From Eledone cirrhosa (taxonomy: Eukaryota), in assembly GCA_964016885.1 (NCBI GenBank), contig OZ024743.1:126480001-126544000 (forward strand): a DNA stretch of 64,000 bases. The letters run 5' to 3'. The notes under the pieces are model-generated. The model saw nothing but the letters and a program-made list of their open reading frames with translations, ran no database searches and was not told the origin of the DNA. Shown in pieces: positions 37,946 through 51,122 of this stretch. A program made the position numbers and the translations under genes. The stretch's first letter is position 1, and each line of letters begins with the position of its first letter.

Positions 37946-39518
37946 CAGTGCCCCGCAAAAGTTTACAACACATTAGGAAAAATGCGGTTTTAGATATTTT
38001 TAATAAAGTTAAGGTAATGAAAATTTAACTACCGATAGAACATATAGTGAGGCATTTAATGATACAATCATAGTTTTAAAAAAATAACAAGGAAATAACT
38101 CATGAAGAAAAATCAATATTTTTATAACGCAAAAGTTTACAACACATTTATTAAATCATCTCTTAATATTTCGTAGCGTAACCTTTGTTGCTAATTCCAG
38201 CCTGTAGGCGTTTGGAGTAGCCTCCTACAAACTTCTTGCATGTTTCTTGGCTAATATTTATCCATTCTTCACAACAAATTTTCTTTAGTTCAGGGATATT
38301 TTTGGGTTTCCTTTTTTTAATTCTCTCCACAAATTTTCGATCGGGTTAAGATCTGGAGACTGACATGGTCATTTTAGAACATTTATTCCATTCGTACTTA
38401 ACCAAGATTGTGTTAGCTTTGCAGTATGCTTTGGATTGTTATCTTGTTGAAAAAACCAACCTGGCTTTAAGCTGAGAGAATGTGCACTTTGATGTAAATT
38501 CCTTTGGAAAATACCTCTATAATAAGTGCCACCCATTCTTCCTTCTATTATTTCAATATTTCCTACTCCTGTGGCACTAAAGCAACCCCAGACCATGACT
38601 GATCCACCTCCAAATTTTACAGTTGGAATAGTATTCTTCAGCGAATATTCAGTACCTTTCTTTCTCCAGACTTTTGCCACAGCATTTCGACCAAAATGTT
38701 AAATTTTTGTTTCGTCCGACCAAAATACATCTTCCCAAAATGACGCAGGTTTGATGAGATGCTCATTTGCAAAGTTTAATCGACGAAGAACGTGTTTCCT
38801 CGTAAGAAGTGGTGTTTTCCTTGGAGACCTCGAGAAGTGAACGACTAATTGTATCTGTGCTCACTTTTACTCCACTTTCTTCTAGGTCATCCTGAAGATT
38901 TTTAAGAGTACACCGGGGTTCGTTGCCAACCTTTCTCGTCAATAACCGAGTTACACGTTCTGTTATCTTTCTAGGACAACCAGAACTAATTAGAGGACAG
39001 ATGGAATGATGAGATTTCCAGTGACGAATTATTGTACCAACTGAACTCAATGGCACATTTAACTGACAAGATATCTTTCTATAACCAACACCATTTGTAT
39101 GCGTTTACAGAGGTCTTGATCAATCAGTTTATTTTTCCCCATATTGTCCATGTTTACAGGACGGTTGTCAATGTTTACAGGATGGTTGTCAGAGAAATAA
39201 TGATGTAATGTTTTTAATAGTCCTTAGAAGTTACCTTAAACCTAATCTAGAACATTCTATTGAATTTTAAATCTTAAAATTTAAGAATTTTCTTGAAAAA
39301 AAGCGATAAATATAAAATGTGTTGTAAACTTTTGCGTTATAAAAATATTGATTTTTCTTCATGTGTTATTTCCTTGTTATTTTTTTTTAAATATGATTGT
39401 ATCATTAAATGCCTCATTATATGTTCTATCAGTAGTTAAATTTTCATTACCCTAACTTTATTAAAAAAACCTAAAACCGCATTTTTCCTAATGTGTTGTA
39501 AACTTTTGCGGGGCACTG
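37946..39518 (-). mobile_element. Tc1/mariner (DD34E) DNA transposon with ~200-bp IR/DR-type TIRs; defective transposase
   Basis: TA|CAGTGCCCCGCAAAAGTTTACAACAC...GTGTTGTAAACTTTTGCGGGGCACTG|TA. The internal DR CGCAAAAGTTTACAACACATT occurs twice per TIR. Transposase motifs WSDETK, GGSVMVWGCF, QQDNNPKH, SPDLNPIEN. Confidence 0.95.
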
Positions 39519-39680
39519 TATTTATATATATATATGTAAATAGAGAAGTTAATGTGAGCAAGAAGCCAACAGTATTTCATAATATATAAGTGACTATAAC
39601 GTTAAAATGGAAAATAATTAACATAAGATATGGGAAAATAATTCAAACTCAATTAAAAAAATAATCAAGACAGAGATATT

Positions 39681-39902
<222 letters not shown>

Positions 39903-39951
39903 TATATATATATTTTTTATATATATATATATATACACACATATATATATA

Positions 39952-40101
<150 letters not shown>

Positions 40102-40160
40102 TATATATATATTTATATATATATACACACACGCATATATATATATATATTTATATATAT

Positions 40161-40520
40161 GGAGGCACATGGCTTAGTGGTTAGAGCCTTGCAATCGAAA
40201 GGTTGTGAGTTCAATTCTCAGACCGGGTGATGTGTTGTTTCCTTGAGCAAGACACTTTATTTCACATTGCTCCAGTTTACTCAGCTGTAGAAATGAGATG
40301 ATAGGGACTGGGGTCCCTATCGACTGGGGTCCCTATCATTCCACTGCAAAGTGGTCGTGGAGGTGCCACGGCAAAAAAGCACCCAGCACTCACTGTAAAT
40401 GAGGTTGGTGTTAGTAAGGGCATCCAGCTGTAGAAATCAAGCCAGAATCAGTTCCCGTCCCACCCTTGCAAGCAGGGAAAAAGCGGACGTAAAATGAAAT
40501 GATGATGATGAAATGATGAT
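40161..40520 (+). mobile_element. Full-length tRNA-derived SINE sharing its 3' end with the RTE LINEs
   Basis: A box TGGCTTAGTGG and B box GAGTTCAATTC. The 3' part (GTGCCACGGCAAAAAAGCACCCAGC...CATCCAGCTGTAGAAATCAAGCC) matches the RTE 3' UTR at ~37590-37750; ends in (GAT)n. Confidence 0.88.
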
Positions 40521-40544
40521 ATATATATATATATATATATATTG

Positions 40545-40595
40545 AGATTCTACAGGACTAGAACTGTTTCATTCTTTAGAAATCGTCAGGAATCT
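40545..40595 (-). ncRNA. Type I hammerhead ribozyme at the end of a PLE-like relic (~40542-41035)
   Basis: Minus strand reads AGATTC-CTGACGA-TTTC(taaa)GAAT-GAAACAG(ttctagtc)CTGTA-GAATCT. Stem I is 6 bp, stem III is 4 bp, and the triplet is GUA. Confidence 0.78.
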
Positions 40596-41072
40596 GGGTA
40601 TCCAAAAATAAAATTAGTATATATAGGTCTTTTCAGGTGATAGGAGAGGGTGGTGAGTGGGATGGGTAGGGGTCATTGGTTGATAGAAAAGGGAATTCAT
40701 TAAAAGTTAATTCTTTAAAGCTATAATTTATATTTAGAGTGACAAAGGCAGAAAGAATTCTATAAACAAGTTCAGATTGGGGTGCCACTCCTTATTTTTA
40801 AGTTTCTCTTAAGCAAACAATGCCTATATTTCAGGTGTCTATAAGATGCTTGGGGGTCAGTCATGGTTGATGGATTTAAAGAAAAGGGAAATTCTTCAAA
40901 AGCTAATTCTTTAAAGTTCTACTTAGAGTGACAAAGGCCAAGAGAATTCTATAGACCAGTTCAAAATATTGAGTGCCTATCTTATTATTATCTTCAAATT
41001 TCTCTTAAGCTATATTCCAGGTGTCAACAGACACATTCACAAACACACAAACTACACGCACCCACACACACA

Positions 41073-41130
<58 letters not shown>

Positions 41131-41167
41131 TATACATATATACACACACATACATATATATATATAT

Positions 41168-41770
41168 ATGGTGGCTGCCAACTCGTTTTCGAGTACGGCC
41201 ACTACTTTATATCCATGTAGGAGAACCCCTACCGATGCGCTGAACGAATGTGACTTTTTAGTCCAGCCAGCGACTTGAAAACTCTGGCACAAACACTACA
41301 CTTGTGACAATTATTGACACATAGTGTACATGGTACCATGTGACGACAAGTGCAGAGAGATCTCCAGATACAAAGCAATGCCTGTGCCGTGAAGCTTTTA
41401 TAGTGAGCAAAGGCACTGCACAAAGCCAGTCCCACTCTCTTAACCAAGATGATATTTACCAAAAAGAAGAACAAGTCAACATCATTGGACACCATCAGGG
41501 TTGCAGGTGTTATATCAGAGTTTTCCTTCTCCTAGAATTCTGCCTTGACAAAGGCTAAGGGGTCATCTCTCCCGGTGATTTTGGATGGCCATTGACTCTT
41601 AAGAGCTCCTCTGCCCTTTGACAGGTTTTGTTTTTAGTCCTGTAGGATGTCCAAAGTCACCCTCCTCACCAAGAAACCTTAGTGGGGTTGCCAGTTTAGT
41701 CACCAATGACCCGACCATGAGACAGGTTGTACTGGGATACATGTTACCAGTAGCACCAAGTGGTGACCTG
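41168..41770 (-). mobile_element. Short RTE-derived non-autonomous element; related copies at ~54650-55185 and ~61800-62040
   Basis: Shared blocks CCATGAGACAGGTTGTACTGGG.TACATGTTACCAGTAGCAC, GAGTTTTCCTTCT and CCA.TCCCACTC. This copy retains a C2H2 remnant (CSVCARVFKSLAGLKSHIRSAH). Confidence 0.6.
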
Positions 41771-41813
41771 ACATATATACATATACACATACATACATAC
41801 ATACATACATACA

Positions 41814-41849
<36 letters not shown>

Positions 41850-42127
41850 TATATATAAAAAACATGAGAAGAATTAATACTTTGTGGTTGCATATGGGTT
41901 ACATATGATAAAAAGATTCCTTCATCAGTGATTTTCCAACCTTCATTGGTATTTCATCGCTTTAAAAATCATATACCTCCAGTTGGTGCGAGCAATAGCT
42001 AAATAAAGCTATTGGGACAAGTAAATCGCGTAAAGCGAGCGAGACAAGTAAACAAACATAGAAGGATAGCAACGCAAAGATAGGAAAAAACAAGCACATG
42101 GGAGTCCGATCAGCTTAAGCTGGGTGG

Positions 42128-42163
<36 letters not shown>

Positions 42164-42294
42164 TTTCATCATCATCATTTCATTTTACGTCTGCTTTTTC
42201 CCTGCTTGCAAGGGTAGGACGGGAACTGATGCTGGCTTGATTTCTACAGCTGGATGCCCTTCCTAACACCAACCTCATTTACAGTTTATATATA

Positions 42295-42990
42295 TATTAG
42301 AATTGGTGCTCTGAAATAGCGATATATATATGAATGTATATATAGTGTATTTTGCAATACACTGTATGCTTAATTAAAAGCATTTCGAAGACTTTACGCT
42401 ATTGTTTTAGAGTAGTGACAGTCTCACTTACTTTAAATTTTCAGCAAACAGGGGAGATAAAGCTGACAGCGCTCTGTTTCGTACTTTTTGGTACTTATCA
42501 AAGCTAAGTACTCCACCTGTTTGCTGAAAATCATGAATGTTTGATTCTTATAGAATTCTAGTAATAATCAGGAACTGATTATACAGAGCGGTTGCCGGTC
42601 AAGCAGAAATTGAAAATTGATTTTTTCCTCAGGTTCAATAAACATGGTTTTGTTGACTCCTAACCAGTAGAGGATCCAGTGGACCATCCACCATAGGGAC
42701 CACAAACTATGGGTGGTGGTTGTTGTCCATTGGTCATTGGTAGGGGGTGTAGGGGACCTACAGGGGGGGGGGGGGGCCTTAACCGGGGTTTATCCATATA
42801 GCTTGAGGAAAGTTCCCATCCTTAGGTGTCTGCAGGCACTGAATAAGTCGGCCCTTCTGTTTAATAGCTTGGTTCCGCCATGAAGAATCTCGAGTGTTTC
42901 ACTAAGACAGAGATTGCAAATACCACACCCGCCTCTGTCTGGGGGAACCTTTCTAACCACGGAGCAGACCAGAGAGTGCGGGATCTTTTC
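42295..42990 (-). mobile_element. PLE 3' fragment (GIY-YIG C-terminus plus pLTR)
   Basis: Minus translation GICNLCLSETLEIL...LLNRRADLFSACRH resembles CTLCISEKYWIL...LNTKTEIFTSCPH of the 19941-24822 element. A hammerhead lies downstream. Confidence 0.7.
42437..42531 (-). ncRNA. Extended type I hammerhead ribozyme with a U3-A8 core variant
   Basis: Minus strand reads AGCT-TTGATAA-GTAC(caaaaa)GTAC-GAAACAG(agcg)CTGTC-AGCT, closed by a long stem I extension (ATTTTCAGCAAACAGG/CCTGTTTGCTGAAAAT). Confidence 0.8.
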
Positions 42991-43017
42991 AATATATACA
43001 CATACATATGTATATAT

Positions 43018-43602
43018 ACATCATCATCATCATCATCGTTTAACGTCCATATTCCAAGCTTGCATGGGTTTGGACGGGAGTTTTCCCACTTGAGGCAAGA
43101 GTGACTGTCTTGCTCGCATAGGACTATCTGGCGGGTTTTCTACAGCTGGATGCCCTTCCTAACACCAACCACATTTACAGTGTGGGGCTGGGAGGTTTTT
43201 ACTGTGTTGCCTACACGGCCACATTACAGCGTGGACTGTCTGGCGAGTTTTCTACAGCTGGATGCCCTTCCTAACACCAACCACGTTTACAGTGTGGGGC
43301 TGGGAGGTTTTTATCGTGTTACCTACACGGCCACATTACAGCGTGGACTGTGTTTTTTTGTCGTGACACCTACACGACCTCATTTGTTTCGGGCTGGATG
43401 TTGTGGTACCAACATAACTTTACATTGAAAGGGGTGGTGTGGATGGGGTGGGGGTAGTGGGACGGGGGTGTATTTTGTTAGAGGTGCCTACTGACTGTAG
43501 TAGGTTTCACTTTGTACTTAGGTAAGGTGGGTCTTCTCTATTACTGTGTAGTGCCAAAGATCTCGGTCCAGTGACATTGTCTTGATGAGGTGTAAGTGTG
43601 TG

Positions 43603-43605
<3 letters not shown>
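43018..43605 (-). mobile_element. RTE 3'-end fragment with an internal tandem duplication
   Basis: Matches the 3' end of the 13561-18792 copy (LTHLHLxKTMSLxRDLW). A ~110-bp block is duplicated at ~43127 and ~43238. Confidence 0.8.
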
Positions 43606-43655
<50 letters not shown>

Positions 43656-43878
43656 CATATATATATATACACATACATATGTATATATATATATATATAC
43701 ACATACATATGTGTATGTATATATATATATATATATATAGATAGACACATACATATGTATATATATATATACACATACATATGTGTATGTATATATATAT
43801 ATATAGATAGACACATACATATATATATATATATATACACACATACATATGTATATATATATATATATATACACATAC

Positions 43879-43925
<47 letters not shown>

Positions 43926-43962
43926 CACACACACATACATATGTATATATATATATATATAT

Positions 43963-44110
43963 ATATTGTTATATTTGAGGAGGGTCATACTGTTATAATA
44001 TTGCCAGAAATAATAATAAAAACACTCAGTTTGGTTTGGATTGGTTTTCGCTTCTGTATCTTTTATATCTCCATAGTTAATTTATCTGGCAATCAATGTT
44101 TATCATTGAT
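43963..44110 (-). mobile_element. Isolated 3' terminus of the Naiad-like PLE family of 838-2450
   Basis: Reverse complement resembles 2365-2450 (GAAGCGAAAACCAA...CTGGCAATATT...ATGACCCTCC...AAATATAAC) and abuts (TA)n. Confidence 0.7.
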
Positions 44111-44147
44111 TGACGAATATATATATATATATATGTATATATCTATC

Positions 44148-44600
44148 TAGGGCGGGTAAAATTCCCGAGATCCATGGACGAGTTCTCTCCAGCGGTCTCT
44201 GTCCCTCATTATCGCTGCCATGTCCTGCATCTCCAACAGACCAGTGGCTGTCCTTAGGGCATCAACATACGTTAACCTTGGTCTTTCTCTTCCAGTGTGT
44301 CCATGTAGGGGCTCTCACAGGAGCCCTGAGTGCAATGTCAACTCTGGATGTCGGTGAGCATGTCCAGCTAACCTCAATCTCCTCTGTTTCACTTTTGAGC
44401 TGACTTTTGGGAGGCTCCCATGCAGCTCTGAGTTTTTCATCCTCAGTATATACTGATTAATGTTCAGAGCCATCCTCAACATTCTCGTGTAGCACCCATC
44501 CACCATCTGAGTGAGTTTCTTGGTCAGTGTCCAAGTTTCAGACCCATACAGCAGCACAGACTCCACTACAGCTATAAAGAGGCTGATTTTCAGGTCTTTA
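44148..44600 (-). mobile_element. LINE (RTE-group) C-terminal fragment
   Basis: ESVLLYGSETWTLT...RMLRMALNI...RRLRLAGH...DRDRWRELV. Confidence 0.8.
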
Positions 44601-45959
44601 CGTATATGTATATATATATATATATATAAAATGATGATGATGATTATATCTATATATATATATGTGTGTCATCCTCATCATCACCATTTAATGTCTATTT
44701 TCCTCGCTTGCATGGGTTAGACAGATTGTCACGTTATGAGACAAGTCAGGTCAGATGACCATGCCTTGCTCATATGGATCTGTTTTTTGGCTTGCAACCA
44801 CATTATATAAAGCCAATATTGTGGAGATGGTTGTGAAACAAACTGGTAAGTTCTACCCAGAACAATAACAACCAAAATCCCCAAGGAGAATAAACTGGAA
44901 AAAATTATCTAGCACGGGATAAAAACAAAAACAATGTCCTCATACATACATACGCATACACATACTCACCCAACCACATATATGTGTATATAAAATTATT
45001 CATAATAGACGTGTATATGAAAGCATATATGACCTTCCTAAATATCAGTGAATTTGTGGGCATGGTGTGTTTTTAGCGGAAAAGTTCTTTAAGATATTAT
45101 TATTTTGGTTGCGAGAAAGGATCCTTAATGAAGATTAGGTTGTAAGGCTGCGTGTTTAATGTTGGTAGTCCATGTGGAAGGATCAGAGAGGAAAGCACAG
45201 TGAGGAAATATAAAAAAAAGAATTATTTTCTCCGTAAAATATTACAATAGAATGCTAGACGCCATTGTGGCATATATCTAGGTAGGATGTTACTGGGCCC
45301 TTGCCGAGAGGGCCAAAGTCCCTAGGTTTCATATTGCCAGTTGTTCCAGGGAATGAATTTAGTAACGTTCTGTTAATACGAAAATGAAGCTGGAACTGTT
45401 TAGAAGTGAAAAGAGGCGCGAATTCCATTTCTGGGCGGAAGTCACTGCTTGGTATTTCTACGCTGCCAACTTACCAGCCTGGCGACAGACCAAGCGTAAC
45501 CCAATTGTTCTGCTGTGATAAGTAGTGCCTTTGCTTACTACATGTTCTTCGTTGAGCAGGTTGTAATTAGTTATACCAGTCAAAAGTTAGAAATTTTCTT
45601 AAAAATAGGTGGAGGTGGAGGTGGAAATAGGAAAATGGGAGAGATTTTCATTGGTTCCTAGTATAGTTTGTCATATATATAGAATCAAAATCTATTTATG
45701 TTTTTTCATTACATGGTAAATCTGATTTCTTAAATTCTAATATCTAGCTAAATGGTGTTGCTTTATTATCTGAAAGATAATGGATATTGTTGCTTTCACT
45801 GCCTTCCCTTGCTAGTTTGAAGAAGGCTCAATTAAGTATGGAGACTTTTTCTTCCTTTGGTTGAGTGAATAGTCTGTTAAATGTCTACTAGAATTTTATA
45901 GCTGTATTTTTAACCACTCTACGACCAAGATAAGAGTTTGTACTGCCTTTTAATATCTT

Positions 45960-46270
45960 TTTAATAATTGTTTCTACTTTTGGCACAAGGCCAGCAATTA
46001 CTCAGTGTATTACTGGTACTTTATTTTATCGACCCCGTAAGGATGAAAGGCAAAGTTAACCTCGGCAGGATTATCTTTTTAATAATTGTTTCTACTTTAG
46101 GCACAAGGCCAGCAATTACCCAGTGCATTACTGGTACTTTATTTTATCGACCCCGTAAGGATGAAAGGCAAAGTCAACCTCGGCGGGATTTGAACTCAGA
46201 TCGTAAAGGGACGTAACTATGCTGAAAGCATGGCGTCCGACCCTCTACCGATACTGCCAATCCACCGCCC
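45960..46270 (-). mobile_element. tRNA-derived SINE with a Meta-type central domain and a duplicated 3' part; related copies at 50545-50740(+), 51995-52182(+) and 60250-60440(-)
   Basis: B box GAGTTCAAATCC followed by TTTGCCTTTCATCCTTACGGGGTCGATAAA...TACCAGT. Confidence 0.75.
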
Positions 46271-49200
46271 TTATCTTTTAATAATGATTTTGAGTTGTAG
46301 CTTCTAGATATATTTTCACTAGTGTTTACTGTATATGCAAATATATATTCATACAGGGGCCTCGTTTGCCTTAAAAATGTTAGTATTTCTTATAGTGCCT
46401 TTCCCGGACCCTATCACATAAGTAAAATTTTATGCTAATTAAATTTATATATTCAAATGAAGTTCAGATATAAAAAAATAAGCTTAAAAAATAAAACATA
46501 GACATTTGAATTAAAAAAATATATAGTAAATTAATTTTCTTTTAGAACTTTCCGAATGTATCATATCTCACATCATTGCTGTCAATAAATAATTTAGCAA
46601 CTTCTTCACAACTAATCTTTTTCAAAACATCTCTATGAACGTGGCATATTAGAATATGATTCAACCTTTGCTGAGTCATGGTTGATCGCAGCCAAGCTTT
46701 GAGTCTCCGCAGAGCGCTAAAAGATCTTTCAGCTTCACAAGAACTGGTTGGAAACACTAAAAGTAGCCTGAGCAATCGCTTAACATTTGGAAACATGTGA
46801 TGGACTTCTGGTTGCATTTCACTGAATATTTTACGAGGATCCTCGAGAGGTGATCCACTATGATGATTTCTATAAAAAGTATTTTGTTCCTTAAAGAAAA
46901 TTCATCAAGCTCTGGATAGTTAATGATCACTTCAGTACAAAAATTTCCATTGAGTAAAATATTGCTCAGTTTTTCATAATTTGCTAAATCTTTCAAATTT
47001 GCTATCTACCTGCAAATACTGCACTCTGTAATGATTCAAAACAGTGCAGTGTTGATATTTTAATGCATTTCCTTCCTGGTATCTTTTAGGAACTTTCTGT
47101 TGCCTGGGTAGCTCCAAAAGAGAAATATCAAGTTGATAAATTATTTTTCTGCTGTATTGAACAGCTCCTGAAATTTTTCTTCACTGCATAGATTTTTTAG
47201 CTCCTCCTGCACCAGTTTGACACTATGCAACACGCCACCTAGATTGACAGTGGTACTTTGAAAGGATTTGTTCAATCCTTCAAGGAATTGAAGTAATGGA
47301 ACTACAACATGCAATCCAAGAACACATTGGCCCGTAGAGTGACACGTAAGAATAATATTAGCTCTGGATGCAATGTTGGTGCCAAACTCATTTGTTGCCT
47401 CTTGTAAAGAAATGAGGACATCTGAATAATTGCCAAGAAGGGCTTTGAATGCAGAAAGACATGTTAGCCATCGAGTAGGGCACACAGGTTTTAAGAGGCG
47501 TGGTGACGAAACTGCATTTTCTTCATCATGTTGTGATAAATACGCGTGCTTAAATTTCCATGATGTGACTATATAGTTCCACAATTCATTCACGTAATCT
47601 CAAACATTTTTGATAAATGAAGTTTGTTGAACGAACTCAGCTATAATAAGTTGAGAAATATGAGTGCCACAGTGCATGTAATGAGCCAGAGGCTGAATCT
47701 TCTTTATTTCTGCTTGACAACCAAGATGTTTACCTGCCATATTGGCTGCACCATCATGTCTGGCATCGAAGATTTTGAATTGGTAATTGAAGGCGTAGAA
47801 GTACATTAAGAATCATTTGACAAAGAGATTTACCAGTTGTTCTATCTATATTGTAGATTCCTAAAACATCTTTAATTTCAAAACAATCATTCCCATAACG
47901 AACACAAATGACCTCATGTTCCTTACCCTGAATATCTTGTGTACCATCAATAATTATTCCAAACTGCTTAGATTCTTTGTTAATTTTCTTTATTATGCCT
48001 TTCAAAACCATATGGTTCATTGTTTTTAAAATATCATTTTGGATTTCAGCACTGGTGTAGCTGTGATTTCTGATCAACCAAATTCTTAGCTCATGTACTT
48101 CTTCACATCAAAGATTTAACAGCTCCATGAATATTGCCCTTATCACTATGCTTTCCTTGAATTGCCAACCCTTGCTCAGCTAAATACTTCAAAGAAGATA
48201 TCTTAAGCAAAGCATGTCTTGCTTTATTTTAATTATCATGGTGGGCTTGATTCAAGTTTGACCGTATACTTTCTTGTTTCTTTTTGAAAAGGATGTTAGA
48301 TGTCGCAAGTTTATGAATGTTTGACTTTTCATGAGAAACAAATTTTTCGTCAGCCTTTTTCCAGTTTTTGAAGCCTCTTAAAATGAAAGCATTATCAGAG
48401 CATTTAGCCAAGTTTATTAGTTTGTTTTGATGTGCATATGAACAAATGTGACAAACAACTCCTTTCAATCTAGCATCATAATGCAGCCAATATAAGTCTG
48501 GAACCATTTTGATTGAAACTTCAGTGTCTTGTTTGGCAGTTTTTGAACAGGTATCAGTCACATCTGGATGATAAGGTTCCATCGGTACAAGGCAGCTTTC
48601 ATAACGTTCAGCAGGTTCAATTACGGTGGAAGTTGAGGAAGATACAGTTTCTTGGCTGGATTCTTTTTTAGCATTTTTTGGGGAGCTTTCCTGAGAAAGA
48701 ACATTTTCATGATCAATTGGTATAGGGAAGCTTTCAGCAGGTTCATAAAAAATGATGGAAGTTGAGGGAGACACAAGATCTTGGTTTGATTTTTCTGTAT
48801 TTTGGAGCTTTCCTGAGAAAGAACAGTATCATTTTCGTGACTACGTTTAAAATATCCACCAAATATCCATTTCAAATCTTTAAAAAATCTTTTAAAAAGT
48901 CTTTAAAAAGTACTTGTACGAATTAAATAAACAAAAACAAACTATTTCAAATTATATATTTTTGATAAATAGACGTGAATGTTTTCAAAGACTTGATCTC
49001 AGTCGAAAAAGCTTTTATTTAAATTCTATATTTCACTGTTAGCTGGATAAACAATTCTACAATTCAAACTGTAAAGTCAAAATACCAAGATGCAAAATAT
49101 GAAGAATTTCTTACCTTTCTCTGAAATCACAAACTCGGGGGGAAAAAATAGTACCTTGCAAAATAAAATAGCTCGATCACAAACTTAGTAGCACGAATGA

Positions 49201-49504
49201 AATGAGATGCTTTGTGACAGTGAGTAAACAATATCTGTATCCCTTATATATATACATAGATAGATACACACACACACAAACCTGTGTGTGTACCTTGTTT
49301 TTGATATAGAAAGAATTTTGTCTCCAGTTTTTATTGCCAGGTCAAAGGCCACAGCTCTGGGTACAGTGACCAGCTTTTGTAATGTCAAATAATAACGCCA
49401 TATATATATATATATATATATATGAAGAGAGAAAGAGGGAGAGACAGAGAGAGTCAGAGATGTGTGCGTGTGTTTGGTACACGTCTATCTATCTATCTAG
49501 CTGT

Positions 49505-50445
49505 CTATCCGAGGAAAATGGGCGACTGGCACATCGAATGTGCTCAGGCGCTCACAGCCCTCTGGCAAACGGACCCGGCGATTAGTGGAGACTCCACTTC
49601 AACATTCTGTAGAGGGTTGGTCCGGAGAAAATCTAGGCGTAGAGGAGGACAATCTGGCCAGTCTGTTCGGTAGGACCTTCCGCCCGGGACCAATGGACAA
49701 CTTCCAAAAGTCCCTGGCTTGGCAGTGCTACCGAGGAGCTCTACCAGTTCGAGACAAGCTCTACAGACATGGGCGCCCGGGCAGGGACGTTTCGAAAAAG
49801 ATCTGTCCGAGATGCGTGCGCGACGAGAAAACCGTCGCGCACGTATTTGTACACTGCCCGGGCGTTACCGACCTGTGGGGCTATGTAGAACGACTATTGT
49901 CGCGGGTGGGACCAATCCAGTTGACCACCGAGTCCATTGTCATGATCAAACCGCCACCCTCCTTCAAAAACGAGGGAGAGGCGGTTTTCCTATGTGTTAT
50001 GACTATGGTGAAAGAGGTTATATGGTGGACGAGGTTAAAAGGGCTGAGGTCAGACACCTTTCTCTTCGACGAGCAACTGATTCGTTTTTTCAAATATCAT
50101 TTTGGAAGAAGAATCAGGATGGAGAGAGAGGTGCTGTACCCCAGCAAATTTTATAAAAGGTGGGTGAATGTGGCAAAGATGGCCCGAGTGGTTGGGCCTT
50201 CTCTCTATATAAGCCTGTAGGTTGAGGGAAGAGAGGAAGGGAGTACTCACTCTTGGTGCTCTTGGAGATGAGGGTTGTACAATTTTTCGGGGTGTGTACA
50301 ACCCCTGTGTAACGCCTACCCCCTATTGGGGATTTCAATTGTTATTTGTTATTTTATTAATAGTTTTATTTTCATATACCTGTATGTAAACTCCCCATTT
50401 GTATTTGTCCCCTTCTTTTGTGCCCTTGTGGCTAATAAAGAAATT
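49505..50445 (+). mobile_element. L1/Tx1-group LINE 3' fragment (zf-RVT) nested in the hAT
   Basis: LAWQCYRGALPV...CPRC...TVAHVFVHC; ends AATAAAGAAA; flanked by (CTAT)-like repeats. Confidence 0.8.
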
Positions 50446-50914
50446 TATCTGTCTATGTATCTCCAACAGGGGGCTCAAACATGCGGCCCGCAAACTACTA
50501 GTGGTTGAACCAATATTTCAGATTGCATTATAACTGGTGAAAATAAGGCGGCAAGCTGGTGAAATGCTTAGTGGTATATCTTCCGTTTTTATGTTCTGAG
50601 TTCAAATTCCACCGATCTCAACTTTGCCTTTCATCCTTTTGGGGTCGATAAATTAAGTACCAGTAGTGTACTGGGATCGATGTGATCGACTGGACTCTAG
50701 ACCCCAAATTTCATGCATTTTGCCTATAGTAGAAATGATTATAACTGGTGAAAATCATCACCCACCACCATGTTTGGCGCACTGTGCCTCTCCTCCAGGA
50801 CGTAATGACTCTTTTGTGTCCTTGAGTTTGAGACCCCTCTTCTACACAGACACACGTATATATACACTTTACTTTTTTCTATCTTTCGACTACGCCCATG
50901 CTGGAGCATTGCCT

Positions 50915-51122
50915 TGATAAGTTACGGGGGACGTCAACAAACCAACAAGCATTGTTGAGAGGGCAAACAAAAATGGAAAGACACACAGACATATATACAT
51001 ATATACGACGGGCTTCTTTTAGTTTCAGTCTATCAAATCCACTCACAGGGCTTTGGTCAGCCCAGGCAGTGGGACTGAGCCCGGAAACATGTGGTTGGGA
51101 AGCAAGCTTCTTGTCACACTAC
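50915..51122 (-). mobile_element. Decayed tRNA-derived SINE; similar remnants near 52840-52975 and 60700-60815
   Basis: Minus-strand head AAGAAGCTTGCTTCCCAACCACATG...TCAGTCCCACTG. Confidence 0.55.

Noticed and set aside
40161-40235. tRNA gene
   Set aside because: A and B boxes are present but there is no full cloverleaf, and it continues into a SINE body and LINE tail.
41229-41495. Host C2H2 zinc-finger gene
   Set aside because: A single finger inside a repeated RTE-derived element, with no exon structure.
46542-48875. Host ZMYM1 gene
   Set aside because: Multiple frameshifts and stops, enclosed by TIRs and a TSD: a hAT relic.
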